Shown piece by piece: positions 48,440 to 58,052 of a stretch of DNA of 64,000 nucleotides. The notes under the pieces were generated by a model. It was not told the origin of the DNA. It saw only the letters and a program-made list of their open reading frames with translations, and made no database searches. Within the stretch, counting starts at the first letter, position 1; every line of letters starts with the position of its first letter. This stretch comes from a virus. Its lineage: Duplodnaviria > Caudoviricetes. The stretch is from the IMG/VR virus record IMGVR_UViG_3300020047_007062, positions 9,590 to 73,589 of that record, one strand, 5' to 3'. The position numbers and the translations under genes were made by a program.

Positions 48440-48847
48440 ATGAGCAACGAACAAATAATTGAAACCGTAAAACGGATAGTATCCGAATACCACGGGATAC
48501 CCGTTGAAAACGTATTCTCCAAATCCCGCAAGAAGGAACTTGTATTCCCCCGACAGATAGCGTGGACAATCCTCGCGTGGCATGGGGGCAATACCCTCAC
48601 CAAGATAGGGGCCACGTCGGGCCACGGACATTCCAACGTGATTCATGCTCGAAAGAAAATACAGGGGTACATAGACATGGACAGGGCTTTCAGGTTCCAC
48701 TTACGGGAGGTTTTGGCGAAAGTCGTTGAGGTGTATCCCCAATTATCATCTTTGTGCAATAACATACCCGTGGATGCGTCAATCAGGCCGTCGAGTAACC
48801 ACTTGCCCCTTGTGAAGGTTAAGTTCCACGAAATAGAAGCAGCATGA
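48440..48847 (+). CDS. stand-alone DnaA C-terminal (domain IV) HTH protein
   Basis: II..V..IVSEYHGI....VFSKSRKKELVFPRQIA...TLTKIG...HSNVIHA.KKI. Confidence 0.8.
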   Translation: MSNEQIIETVKRIVSEYHGIPVENVFSKSRKKELVFPRQIAWTILAWHGGNTLTKIGATSGHGHSNVIHARKKIQGYIDMDRAFRFHLREVLAKVVEVYPQLSSLCNNIPVDASIRPSSNHLPLVKVKFHEIEAA

Positions 48848-49303
48848 CCTATGAAGAACTACTCACCCTCAGAACATACAGGGACGAACTCGTGGAGTTA
48901 CTCAATCGGGGGGAAGACGATAACATTGTCCTCTGCGGACGTGGAGAAGGAATTGTCCTCACGGGAAAGAGAGACCTTACAAAACAGGACACCCAAAAGA
49001 TTGCGGATGAACTCCAAAGAATTGACCATCTTCTCCGAAATTATGTCCGACCCCATAACGGGGGAAGAAAACCAACTGCAAGAAATCATAAACCACCAAC
49101 TCAAAATAGAAGGGAAGTGGGCAAAGGGGGCGCTATCCTACGGGATATACGAGATGGGGAAAAGGATAAGGCAGTTAAAGGCAGAAAGGGCAGGAAGGGA
49201 ATGGGAAAAGGAAACGTTAGCCTCAACACCCCCAAGGGGTCAAAGAAGGGTACAATACATGGAAAACCTCGCTGCCGGAAGGTGGCCTAATCAATATTTA
49301 TGA
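48844..49303 (+). CDS. one or two overlapping hypothetical proteins (frame ambiguous)
   Basis: 48844-49290 and 48851/49043-49303 are both open. Confidence 0.4.
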
Positions 49304-50055
49304 ACGATAATTTACCAATGGGGACACCCCCGCTGACGATTGCCATTACGACCTATAACCGTGACCCCCAAATGGTCATTGATTCGTTCAGGCAGGTTTA
49401 TGACCACCCTGCGGTGGACGAGGTGGTTATTGTGGATGATTGTAGTGATAATTCACAGTTTATTCAGTTAGACCTTGATATAGAAACTTTCCGCAAAGGA
49501 AAACCTGCACAAAATTTATCTGTTTATAGGAACACCAAAAATATGGGCATGAGCCGCAACAAGTCTAATGCAATCAGGTGGTCACGCAACGATTGGGTTC
49601 TAATCCTCGATTCGGACAACGCCCTCTACCCATCCTCGATTGACGCCATTTGTAAACTCACCAACCTCCGCACCGACACCATCTATTGCCCCGCCTTCGC
49701 CGAACCCGAATTTGATTACAGGCGCCTGCAAGGGAAGTCATGGGACGCCAAGGGGGTCGCCTCCCAAATCAAGAGCAGGGATATGAGCGTACTACTCAAC
49801 ACCTGTAACTACCTCGTCCATCGGGATACCTACCTTGAAACCTATGAGTACAACCCCGACGTTAAGGAGAGTGATACCATTTGGTTCAACTACTTGTGGT
49901 TGAGACGTGGTGGGCTGCTCCATGTGGTTCCCGATTGGCATTATTACCACCGCATCCACGAGGGGTCGGGTTGGAAACAGAACGCCTCGGAGAACATGAG
50001 GATGGCCGAGAGGATCAAGGGGGAAATTGTACAACTTGCAAATCAAATACAATAG
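49300..50055 (+). CDS. GT2-family glycosyltransferase
   Basis: IAITTYNR, VVIVDDCS, ILDSD, YYHR. Confidence 0.85.
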   Translation: MNDNLPMGTPPLTIAITTYNRDPQMVIDSFRQVYDHPAVDEVVIVDDCSDNSQFIQLDLDIETFRKGKPAQNLSVYRNTKNMGMSRNKSNAIRWSRNDWVLILDSDNALYPSSIDAICKLTNLRTDTIYCPAFAEPEFDYRRLQGKSWDAKGVASQIKSRDMSVLLNTCNYLVHRDTYLETYEYNPDVKESDTIWFNYLWLRRGGLLHVVPDWHYYHRIHEGSGWKQNASENMRMAERIKGEIVQLANQIQ

Positions 50056-50058
50056 GAT

Positions 50059-50358
50059 ATGAACTGGTACATTGGACAGGATATTGTGGCGATAGAAGAT
50101 CACCAACAAGGTATATTCAAAAAGTGGGAAGTGTTTAAAATTCGTGGATTACGGATGTGTAAATGTAAGTGTAATCATGTGGAGATTGATATTGGCTTCT
50201 CCGTGAAAACGCTGCGCTGTGCTACATGCAACACAGAGAATGTGCCTAATTCTGGAATTTGGTGGCTTCATGAGAAACGTTTCGCCCCCCTCGACAACCT
50301 CGTGAACATGGACGAGATCAAGGAGGTGATGGAAGATACAGACCTGATCCCCGCATGA
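50059..50358 (+). CDS. small Cys-rich hypothetical protein
   Basis: CKCKC and CATC motifs. Confidence 0.6.
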   Translation: MNWYIGQDIVAIEDHQQGIFKKWEVFKIRGLRMCKCKCNHVEIDIGFSVKTLRCATCNTENVPNSGIWWLHEKRFAPLDNLVNMDEIKEVMEDTDLIPA

Positions 50359-51086
50359 TAACCTGTAAGTACGTCGGCCAAACGGGGAACCAACTATTCA
50401 TCGCTGCCGCAGCCATAGCAACGGCCATCCGCAACAATGACACATTCCTATCCCCCCACACGACCAACTCCCGTGGGTTGTGGCCGTTCTACCTTACCCA
50501 CCTACCCGAATACAGGGGGATTCCCAAAGCGAAGTTCGTTTTTAAGGAACCCGCCTTCGGATCACCCAACCCCATCCCGTACCACCCCGACATGATGATT
50601 ATGGGCTACTTTCAAGCCCACCAACACTTTTGGGACATCAAGGACGAGGTGTTGGAAATATTGCGCCCACCCCACTTCAACAGGGACAAAATACCATACA
50701 CGTCCCTCCACGTCCGCAGGGGGGACTACGTTCAACTGGCCCACAAACACCCACCGATCACCACGGGGTATATCAGCGAGGCCATCAAGTATCTGAACCC
50801 CAAAAAGGTATTGGTATTTTCCGACGACATCCCGTGGTGCAGGGAACATTTACGGGGCGCTCTTTTTGACTTTAGTGTGGGTCGGGACACGATGGGGGAT
50901 TTGGAGTTAATGAGTCGTTGTGAGAACCACATCATTTGTAATTCGACATTCAGTTATTGGGCCGCTATATTTGGCGGCGGGGAAACGGTGGCCCCCACAC
51001 CCGAAACGTGGTTTGGCCCCGGCAATGCCCACCTTAATTCATCAAACATACTACCCCCTGAGTGGGTTAAATTTCCATTATGCTGA
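50355..51086 (+). CDS. GT11 alpha-1,2-fucosyltransferase-like protein
   Basis: GQTGNQLF, GYFQ, LHVRRGDY, VFSDD..WC, DLELMS.C...IICNSTFSYW. Confidence 0.9.
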   Translation: MITCKYVGQTGNQLFIAAAAIATAIRNNDTFLSPHTTNSRGLWPFYLTHLPEYRGIPKAKFVFKEPAFGSPNPIPYHPDMMIMGYFQAHQHFWDIKDEVLEILRPPHFNRDKIPYTSLHVRRGDYVQLAHKHPPITTGYISEAIKYLNPKKVLVFSDDIPWCREHLRGALFDFSVGRDTMGDLELMSRCENHIICNSTFSYWAAIFGGGETVAPTPETWFGPGNAHLNSSNILPPEWVKFPLC

Positions 51087-51928
51087 CCTTTTGCTCCCAT
51101 TGTGACATTAACTACTTGCCCAAGTTTTTGGCAATGTGGTGGTCTGTCCGCAACCACGAACCCGATGCCATTGTCCACCTGTTGTGTAACGACGACGAAA
51201 CCTTCGATCATGTGGTGGCGCGGGGAGTTGATGGGGTGATACCAACGAAACTTAGTGAATTAAGAAATACCGACGATTCCCTCGGCAAACTACGGGAGGC
51301 AGCGGGGTCTGACTTCGGGAGCAAGGACGACAATTTTATATGGGCGCTCAGTCCCTATTGGATAAACAAGTGTCTCCCTAAGTGCGCAGAAAACGAATAC
51401 CTAATTTATGTAGATGCGGACATCTTGTTTTACATGGCGCCATCCCTAATCATTAAAGCCATTGGCGGGAACTCAATAGGCATCCACACCCACCGATTTA
51501 CCCAAATGTACAACCCATACTGTTCAGTAGGTTCTTTTAACGTGGGCGTCGTTGTATTGAAGAATGATCGCATTGGCCGCACAGCAAGTAATTGTTGGAT
51601 AGGATGGCTACGGGAGACAGGGAACCTGTTCAGGAGCCAATACGGAAAGTGTGGGGATCAGGGCTATCTTGCTCTCATATATGACCTGTTTCGAAAGAAT
51701 GTCACAGTATTTGACGTTGCGCAGGAATTTACGCACTTGGCACCGTGGTGTACGGAAAATCCGCAAACCAAACCAGTCATATTCTATCACTTCTCTCACT
51801 TCCGTTACATAAGCAATACCGAATGGGCCGATTCCCTCAAAGGGGAGTGGAACCCGTCTTCGCAAAGCCATATTAAGCCTTATTACGAACATTATCACCA
51901 AGTAATATCCTGTATCCTCAATGATTGA
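51080..51928 (+). CDS. GT-A fold glycosyltransferase
   Basis: IYVDADILF, GSFNVG, GDQGYL, IFYHFSHF. Confidence 0.8.
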   Translation: MLTFCSHCDINYLPKFLAMWWSVRNHEPDAIVHLLCNDDETFDHVVARGVDGVIPTKLSELRNTDDSLGKLREAAGSDFGSKDDNFIWALSPYWINKCLPKCAENEYLIYVDADILFYMAPSLIIKAIGGNSIGIHTHRFTQMYNPYCSVGSFNVGVVVLKNDRIGRTASNCWIGWLRETGNLFRSQYGKCGDQGYLALIYDLFRKNVTVFDVAQEFTHLAPWCTENPQTKPVIFYHFSHFRYISNTEWADSLKGEWNPSSQSHIKPYYEHYHQVISCILND

Positions 51929-52571
51929 CATAGTAGGCGTTATTAAGATCACAGACCCCACGAGGGAAACGTACCACAGAGCATGTGTGTCGTCATTGTC
52001 ATTAGTCAGGCACACGGGGGATTTCCTGATCTACAACGGGGATGTTAGTAGTTATGGGCAAACGTATATGCATCTTCTTGAACAATGTTATCAGCCATTT
52101 GTGCTGAATTACATAGAGGACGCATTTATGACATTGGATGACAGGGCCATATTGTTTTCCATGTTGTCGGAAATGCAGCAACATTCATGCGACGTAATGA
52201 AGGCTTCTTTCCACAAGATTGAACTCAATAGCCTCTCCGCACTTACCGAAATTACGGAGACCCAACATGGTTACATTTACGAAAACACGCCTGAAAACCA
52301 TTACAAATATTGCACCCACTACGGACACAGGTATTGGTTAGGGGTGAACATGATTACCACGAGGAACTTCGCCCTTAGATTTTGGAACCGCAACTTGGGC
52401 CACAGGCCGCATGAATACGAGTTTAACGATTACAACCCGTCGTTCCACCATAAAGTATATGTCCCAAAAATAGAGGTGTTGGCAAGCATTGACGACGACC
52501 ACGGGGAACCAAATACAGCCCTCATTCACAGGGATGAACCTAAGTTTGTTAAAATAATGTCTGAAATATGA
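51921..52571 (+). CDS. hypothetical, possible glycosyltransferase-like protein
   Basis: VLNYIED, RPHEYE; coupled within the operon. Confidence 0.45.
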   Translation: MIDIVGVIKITDPTRETYHRACVSSLSLVRHTGDFLIYNGDVSSYGQTYMHLLEQCYQPFVLNYIEDAFMTLDDRAILFSMLSEMQQHSCDVMKASFHKIELNSLSALTEITETQHGYIYENTPENHYKYCTHYGHRYWLGVNMITTRNFALRFWNRNLGHRPHEYEFNDYNPSFHHKVYVPKIEVLASIDDDHGEPNTALIHRDEPKFVKIMSEI

Positions 52572-53482
52572 TTAAGCTATTTCACATAAACGACCACGTA
52601 ATCAACACGGTCATGTTCAACAACCTGCTACACGACAGGTGTGTGTCGAACTTTGAGACCGTCATTGCCAACTACGTGGGGGCTGAGTATGCCGTGGGGC
52701 TGAATAGCGCAACGAGCGCCATTTTCCTCCTCACCAAATTGTTTAATCCACAAACGGTTTCTATCCCGTCCATGATACCCCCTGTGGTTCCCAACGCAAT
52801 TATCACGGGCGGCTCCCAAGTGGGATTTTATGACAACACTAATTGGGTCGGGGGCGAATATCGTCTAACCCCTGAAATTATAGATTCCGCACAGGCCATT
52901 TACAAAGATCAGTTTGCTCTGTATGGAAGGTCTGCAAAGTGCATAGTGTACTCCATGTACCCGACAAAACCCATTGGGAGTTGTGACGGGGGAATAGTGG
53001 CCACCAACGACAAAAACCTTTACAAGGCACTCAAAGAGATGTCAATGAACGGGATGTCCTTCGCGGAGAATAATTGGGACAGGAAACAGAATAGTATCGG
53101 ATACAAGATGTACATGAACTCCATTCAGGCTGAAATAGCCATGCGCAACTTTTTTAAGTTGGAGGAGAAAAAGGAGAAGCTGGTAGAAGTTCGCCACAAG
53201 TACAATACAGCCTTTGGGCTTTCCAACGTGTCCGAACACCTGTATAGGATAAATGTAAGAAACAACCGAGAATTTATCGAGGCCGCCAAGGCCAATGGTA
53301 TTGTTTGTGGAATCCATTACGATACCTGCCACGACAAACCTATCTTTGGCTTTCATGCATCGTTACCACTCTCAGAGGCGGAACGGGAAACAACGGTTAG
53401 TATCCCATTCCACGAGGCGCTTACCGAATATGAGATAAACAAAGTAATTCAATTTACCAATGAACAAATTAAAAACGATTAG
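52568..53482 (+). CDS. DegT/DnrJ/EryC1/StrS sugar aminotransferase
   Basis: AVGLNSATSAI, IDSAQ, SMYPTKPIGSCDGG, GYKMYM. Confidence 0.9.
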   Translation: MIKLFHINDHVINTVMFNNLLHDRCVSNFETVIANYVGAEYAVGLNSATSAIFLLTKLFNPQTVSIPSMIPPVVPNAIITGGSQVGFYDNTNWVGGEYRLTPEIIDSAQAIYKDQFALYGRSAKCIVYSMYPTKPIGSCDGGIVATNDKNLYKALKEMSMNGMSFAENNWDRKQNSIGYKMYMNSIQAEIAMRNFFKLEEKKEKLVEVRHKYNTAFGLSNVSEHLYRINVRNNREFIEAAKANGIVCGIHYDTCHDKPIFGFHASLPLSEAERETTVSIPFHEALTEYEINKVIQFTNEQIKND

Positions 53483-53843
53483 TGACGAGAGGGGTGTCCT
53501 GATGGTCATAGACCACTCCGCAATCCCCTTTGAGGTTAAACGAACGTTCTTTATCAACTCAGTCCCCGACGGCCACACGAGGGGGAATCACGCGCATAAG
53601 GAATGTCACCAATTCTTTATTTGCCTCTCACGAATCGTACACCTAAGTCTCCATTGCAAAAACCCGTCATTCACAGACCTCCCCGAAGTGGTTTCACTAA
53701 CCCAAGGGGAATCCATCTATATCCCGCCGCTCACTTGGGTTGACCTTGTGTTCACAGAGGGCGCATCGGTTTGTGTTGTGTGTTCACATGAGTACGATCC
53801 CAACGATTATATTTCCGACTACGCTAAATTCGAATTGTTATGA
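53460..53843 (+). CDS. FdtA/QdtA cupin sugar 3,4-ketoisomerase
   Basis: PFEVKRTF, RGNHAHKEC.QF, IPPLTW, SHEYDPNDYI. Confidence 0.88.
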   Translation: MNKLKTISDERGVLMVIDHSAIPFEVKRTFFINSVPDGHTRGNHAHKECHQFFICLSRIVHLSLHCKNPSFTDLPEVVSLTQGESIYIPPLTWVDLVFTEGASVCVVCSHEYDPNDYISDYAKFELL

Positions 53844-54709
53844 AAATATCCGCAGGAATGATCGTCCTTAATTCGGACTTTGTGTTAAGGCAAACCATTG
53901 AATCCATCATCCCATTTGTTGATCGGGTTTATATAGCCGAGGGGCCAGTATCATGGTGGCAGTCAAAGGGCATTATTGGCTCAACTGACGAAACGATGGA
54001 CATCCTTTCTTCATTCGGGGACAAGGTTGCTGTGGTGCGGGGATCATTTGCGGAAAAGACGGAGCAATGCAGGGCGTGGTTCTCAATGGTTCCAAGCGAC
54101 ACGGACTACGTACTCTGTGTGGATGCTGACGAGGTTCATAAGCCCGAACACCTTGAATCGCTCATCAGGTTTTTGGAAAAGGAACAGCCCAAAAGCGTTG
54201 GATTTAAGAGCAATACCTTTTTTGGTGGCTTTGACCATGTTATGGGCGGCTTCGAGGCAGAACACGATTTCGTGAGGGTTCTTAAATACGAGAGGGGGTG
54301 TGAGTACCTGACACATAGGGCGCCCACACTATCACTCAACGGCGTACCACTACAAGGCAGACACATTACGGGACAACAACTGTTTGAAGCCACGGGCCAC
54401 GAGATGTTCCATTACAGCTATGTGTCCCCGTCAATGGTTCATCAGAAGTTACAGTATTACGAAGGGGCCGTGATTTCAAGTGGCAACTGTGTCCCCAATT
54501 ATTTTGAGAACATTTGGCTCAAATGGGTGCTTCACCCCGAATTACGGGAACAGATCGAGAGGGATAACAGGGGTGTCCATGAGTTTATACCCTCAGCGAG
54601 GGGCGATGCCTTCACATTACCATTTAAGGGCCAGCATCCCGACGTGATCCTGCGGGATATGGCATCTTTGCAGGATAAATTCAAAAACCAACTATTCAAA
54701 TTTATATGA
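53840..54709 (+). CDS. GT2-like glycosyltransferase
   Basis: SIIPFVD.V.IAEG, STDET, VDADE, FHYSYV. Confidence 0.8.
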   Translation: MKISAGMIVLNSDFVLRQTIESIIPFVDRVYIAEGPVSWWQSKGIIGSTDETMDILSSFGDKVAVVRGSFAEKTEQCRAWFSMVPSDTDYVLCVDADEVHKPEHLESLIRFLEKEQPKSVGFKSNTFFGGFDHVMGGFEAEHDFVRVLKYERGCEYLTHRAPTLSLNGVPLQGRHITGQQLFEATGHEMFHYSYVSPSMVHQKLQYYEGAVISSGNCVPNYFENIWLKWVLHPELREQIERDNRGVHEFIPSARGDAFTLPFKGQHPDVILRDMASLQDKFKNQLFKFI

Positions 54710-55287
54710 GTTACCTATTAACAAGGCACAAGTGCTACACCGATTTAGAAAATATGCTGTCTGAGCATGACGGGGAGGGAAAGAAGTGCCTATCCATTTC
54801 GGGATCAACAAACCTGTGTTCCATTTTGGGGTTGTCAAAATGCACGATCAATGACATAGAGTACCCCCACATTAACATGGCGGCCACGCCATTTGAGGAC
54901 AATTCCCTTGACTTCATCGTGGCTGACTTTGTTATAGAGCATGTTAAGAACGATCCCGCGTCATTGTTCAAAGAGCAATTCAGGATATTGAAGCCCGGAG
55001 GCCACCTCGTAGTGACGAGCAATTTTGTGTATATCTACCATCCTTGCCCTAAAGACTATTGGAGGTTCAGTACGGACACCTATGATGTCCTTTGTGAGTA
55101 TAGTGGCCTTGAAACTGTAAAGAGAGGATATTGGGGCAGCATAGGGGCAATGAACGCCATCCACGATGGTCACAGCGATTGGGTTGTTGACGGTTCCCCA
55201 AACAATTACCTGAATAACTTGGCCGAACATCAGGACGACCGATACCAAATCGTAACGTGGCTGTGTGCCAAAAAACCGACTACATGA
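54706..55287 (+). CDS. class I SAM-dependent methyltransferase
   Basis: PFEDNSLDFI...VIEHV...RILKPGG, HPCPKDYWRF. Confidence 0.85.
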   Translation: MSYLLTRHKCYTDLENMLSEHDGEGKKCLSISGSTNLCSILGLSKCTINDIEYPHINMAATPFEDNSLDFIVADFVIEHVKNDPASLFKEQFRILKPGGHLVVTSNFVYIYHPCPKDYWRFSTDTYDVLCEYSGLETVKRGYWGSIGAMNAIHDGHSDWVVDGSPNNYLNNLAEHQDDRYQIVTWLCAKKPTT

Positions 55288-55823
55288 TACCACATGCAAA
55301 ACACGATGCCACCAAAGCATCCCTCAACAATAAGGAGGAGGAACATCTCCTATTTTCCCATATTGACAAGGATACCTTTGTTTTTGAGTACGGGTCAGGG
55401 ATGTCAACCCACCACATTGCCCAGTCGGCTAAGGCAGTCATAAGCGTGGAGCATAACATAGACTACTACAATGAAGTTATGGTCAATCTCCCAAGCAACG
55501 CCAACGTCCTTTATATCCCAAGGAACGCTCAAGAAGGCGCAGGGGAGGATGGAACTTATGAGCAGTATAAGGACTACGTTGATTCAATAAGGAAATTCGA
55601 TCTTTCGGGGGAGAAAAAGTTAGTTGTGTTCATTGACGGGAGGGCGCGACCGTATTGCGCGATGGCTGTAAAGGAACATTGCCCCCACGCGACCGTTTTT
55701 GTGCATGATTACAGGAACCCCAATCCTATCTATGACCGGCCAGAGTACCATTGCATAGAACAGTTTATGAAGTTAGAGGATCATGTTTTCGCATTAGCTA
55801 AATTCACTTGCCCCAATGAGTAA
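55284..55823 (+). CDS. SAM-dependent methyltransferase-like protein
   Basis: FEYGSGMST, SVEHN, VFIDGRAR. Confidence 0.8.
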   Translation: MIPHAKHDATKASLNNKEEEHLLFSHIDKDTFVFEYGSGMSTHHIAQSAKAVISVEHNIDYYNEVMVNLPSNANVLYIPRNAQEGAGEDGTYEQYKDYVDSIRKFDLSGEKKLVVFIDGRARPYCAMAVKEHCPHATVFVHDYRNPNPIYDRPEYHCIEQFMKLEDHVFALAKFTCPNE

Positions 55824-56433
55824 TAAAATATGTTGGACAGAGCCTTTTGTGGTTGACGAAATGAATAAGTTTTACGAGGCTTCCATTCGTGATTTTCAAT
55901 ATTTCAAACACCTGTTTATCCTCGTTGACCTGATCTCTAATTCCAAGGGGCATAATGGTGACATGCTCGATATTGGATGCGGGACGGCCTTCTTGTCCGA
56001 ACTGTGTTATTCCTCCAAATACACGGGCGCAGACTATCCACACATCATTGAGGGGTGCGCCAAAAGGAATTACCCCAATGGGGACTTCCATTATATTGAC
56101 TTTGTAAATGACGACATAACGTGGATCGGGGAATATGATCTTGTCTGTACCAATGGGTTCATTGACATTATGGAGCGCCCCCTTGACGCGCTCAACAAAC
56201 TGCTTTCAAATTCCCGTGGGGACGTGATTATTCACCGCCAGGAAATTTCGGGTGGGCCAACACGGGTTGTGACCAACCCATCATACGGGGGCATGACCTA
56301 TCATTCCATTATTAACCGTGGGGATTTTATGGCCACGATCTCTAAATATGGGTACAGGATAAAGAAAGAGGTTAATTTGTACTTCCAATGGGAGAATGGT
56401 GGCAATTCATTTCTACTAACTAAAATTTCGTAA
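55816..56433 (+). CDS. class I SAM-dependent methyltransferase
   Basis: MLDIGCG, YTGAD. Confidence 0.8.
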   Translation: MSNKICWTEPFVVDEMNKFYEASIRDFQYFKHLFILVDLISNSKGHNGDMLDIGCGTAFLSELCYSSKYTGADYPHIIEGCAKRNYPNGDFHYIDFVNDDITWIGEYDLVCTNGFIDIMERPLDALNKLLSNSRGDVIIHRQEISGGPTRVVTNPSYGGMTYHSIINRGDFMATISKYGYRIKKEVNLYFQWENGGNSFLLTKIS

Positions 56434-56438
56434 ATAGT

Positions 56439-57074
56439 ATGATTATAGAACTATCATCCATTTGCGCGGCATACCCGCAGTTCCGCCCCCGTGGGGTACT
56501 CCATTTGGGGGCCAACGAGGGGCAGGAACTTGCCCGCTACAAAAAGCAGGGGATCACCAAGGTTATTTTCGTGGAAGCGATACCCGAAGTGTTTGAGAAA
56601 TTGGTCAAACTGACGGGGGGCGATGAGGCCGTTACCTGCATCCAAGCGGCCGTGTCCAACAAGACGGGTGTACATACCACCATGAAGGTAGCGAGCAATC
56701 ATGGGGAATCCTCGTCATTACATGACTTTGGGACACACATCACCCACCATCCCAACGTCCACTTCACCCACGAGGTTGAGGTAGTTTTAACCCGCTTTGA
56801 GGACTTGGACGTGGACATGGAGGGGATCAACTATTTGGTTACTGACTTGCAGGGCCACGACCTCTTTGCGATGGACGGTATTTCGGACAAGGACTTTGAT
56901 CGGTTCGATGCCGTCTATACAGAGGTTAGTTTCGAGGAGGTGTACAAGGGTTGCGCCCTCTTTGAACCCACCAATGAGTACCTCGAAGCCAAGGGGTTTC
57001 AACTTGTTGAACTCGCCAAGGCAGGGGGCGGCTCGTGGGGGGATGCATTCTACATACGCAAAACACTTTTATGA
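56439..57074 (+). CDS. FkbM-family methyltransferase
   Basis: VLHLGAN.GQE, FVEAIP, LVTDLQG.D, YTEVSF..VYKG. Confidence 0.88.
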   Translation: MIIELSSICAAYPQFRPRGVLHLGANEGQELARYKKQGITKVIFVEAIPEVFEKLVKLTGGDEAVTCIQAAVSNKTGVHTTMKVASNHGESSSLHDFGTHITHHPNVHFTHEVEVVLTRFEDLDVDMEGINYLVTDLQGHDLFAMDGISDKDFDRFDAVYTEVSFEEVYKGCALFEPTNEYLEAKGFQLVELAKAGGGSWGDAFYIRKTLL

Positions 57075-57208
57075 AACAGATCAAACATAACATTGTCCCC
57101 ATCGTCCTCCTGTTAATCATGGGGATGATGATTTACCTCGACCGTCAGGGGTGGGCATGGGTACTCTTTGCCGCAGCAATAACCACAAAATCATCCTGTG
57201 ACTGTTGA
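57071..57208 (+). CDS. 45-aa membrane peptide (absent from the ORF track)
   Basis: MKQIKHNIVPIVLLLIMGMMIYLDRQGWAWVLFAAAITTKSSCDC; overlaps both neighbours. Confidence 0.45.
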   Translation: MKQIKHNIVPIVLLLIMGMMIYLDRQGWAWVLFAAAITTKSSCDC

Positions 57209-58052
57209 CGTTTACAACAGGGCGTTCATGCCCTTCGACGTGAGGCCATACCCGTCCTCCAACCGACCCCCCTTCGAGAATTGGTTTTGGTACAACTACG
57301 TGTGGAAGCAGGGCGACCGATGCCCCCTCCCCGTCTTTTGGACGGACTATTACCGCAAGAACAACTACGGGAAGGACAAGAAGGCGATGGATGCCCTCCA
57401 AGCCCACATAAACTCTTTACCCACCTCCGTCCCCTACTTCACCATTGTCCAATACGACGATGGAATCCTCACGGACATATCGAGGCTCGACTGCAAGGTA
57501 TTCGCCATGAGTGGGACACCCACCTTCGGGAACGCCATTCACCGCGACAACATAATCCCCCTGATTTGCCAACCCGCCAAGACCATATTGGGTGTCAAGA
57601 GGGATATAGAGGTCAGCTTCGTGGGGAGCAATACCCACCCCTTGCGCAAGGAGATGTGCGATGTGTTTGGGGATTACCCCAAGTCCCATATCGAACTCCG
57701 TGGGGACATGCCCGAAGACGAGTACAATGAGATATTGGCCCGTTCGTGGTTTGCCCTGTGTCCGAGGGGGTATGGCCCGACTTCATTCAGGATCACCGAG
57801 GCCATCCGACAGGGGGCTATCCCCGTTTACATATCGGATGACCATTGGTTCCCGAGGGGAACGGATTTTTCGTCGTTTGGGATAGTGATGACACCCCAAC
57901 AGATGCGCAAGCGGCCCGTTTTAAGCGATTATCTCAACCCGATGGATATGGAGGTTAGGAATAGCCTCGAAATGGCCGCAAAGGGGTTGTATAGCTTCGA
58001 GGGGTGTAAGGAGTGGGTCGAGGGGGAGATTACCGTTCCCACCTCGATTTAG
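57198..58052 (+). CDS. exostosin/GT47-family glycosyltransferase
   Basis: SFVG, S.FALCPRGYG.TSFR..EAI..GAIPV.ISD. Confidence 0.85.
   Translation: MTVDVYNRAFMPFDVRPYPSSNRPPFENWFWYNYVWKQGDRCPLPVFWTDYYRKNNYGKDKKAMDALQAHINSLPTSVPYFTIVQYDDGILTDISRLDCKVFAMSGTPTFGNAIHRDNIIPLICQPAKTILGVKRDIEVSFVGSNTHPLRKEMCDVFGDYPKSHIELRGDMPEDEYNEILARSWFALCPRGYGPTSFRITEAIRQGAIPVYISDDHWFPRGTDFSSFGIVMTPQQMRKRPVLSDYLNPMDMEVRNSLEMAAKGLYSFEGCKEWVEGEITVPTSI

Noticed and set aside
49300-58052. Glycan operon as a DNA hypermodification system
   Set aside because: No hydroxymethylase, TET/JBP or other base-activating enzyme in the window; not excluded for the rest of the genome
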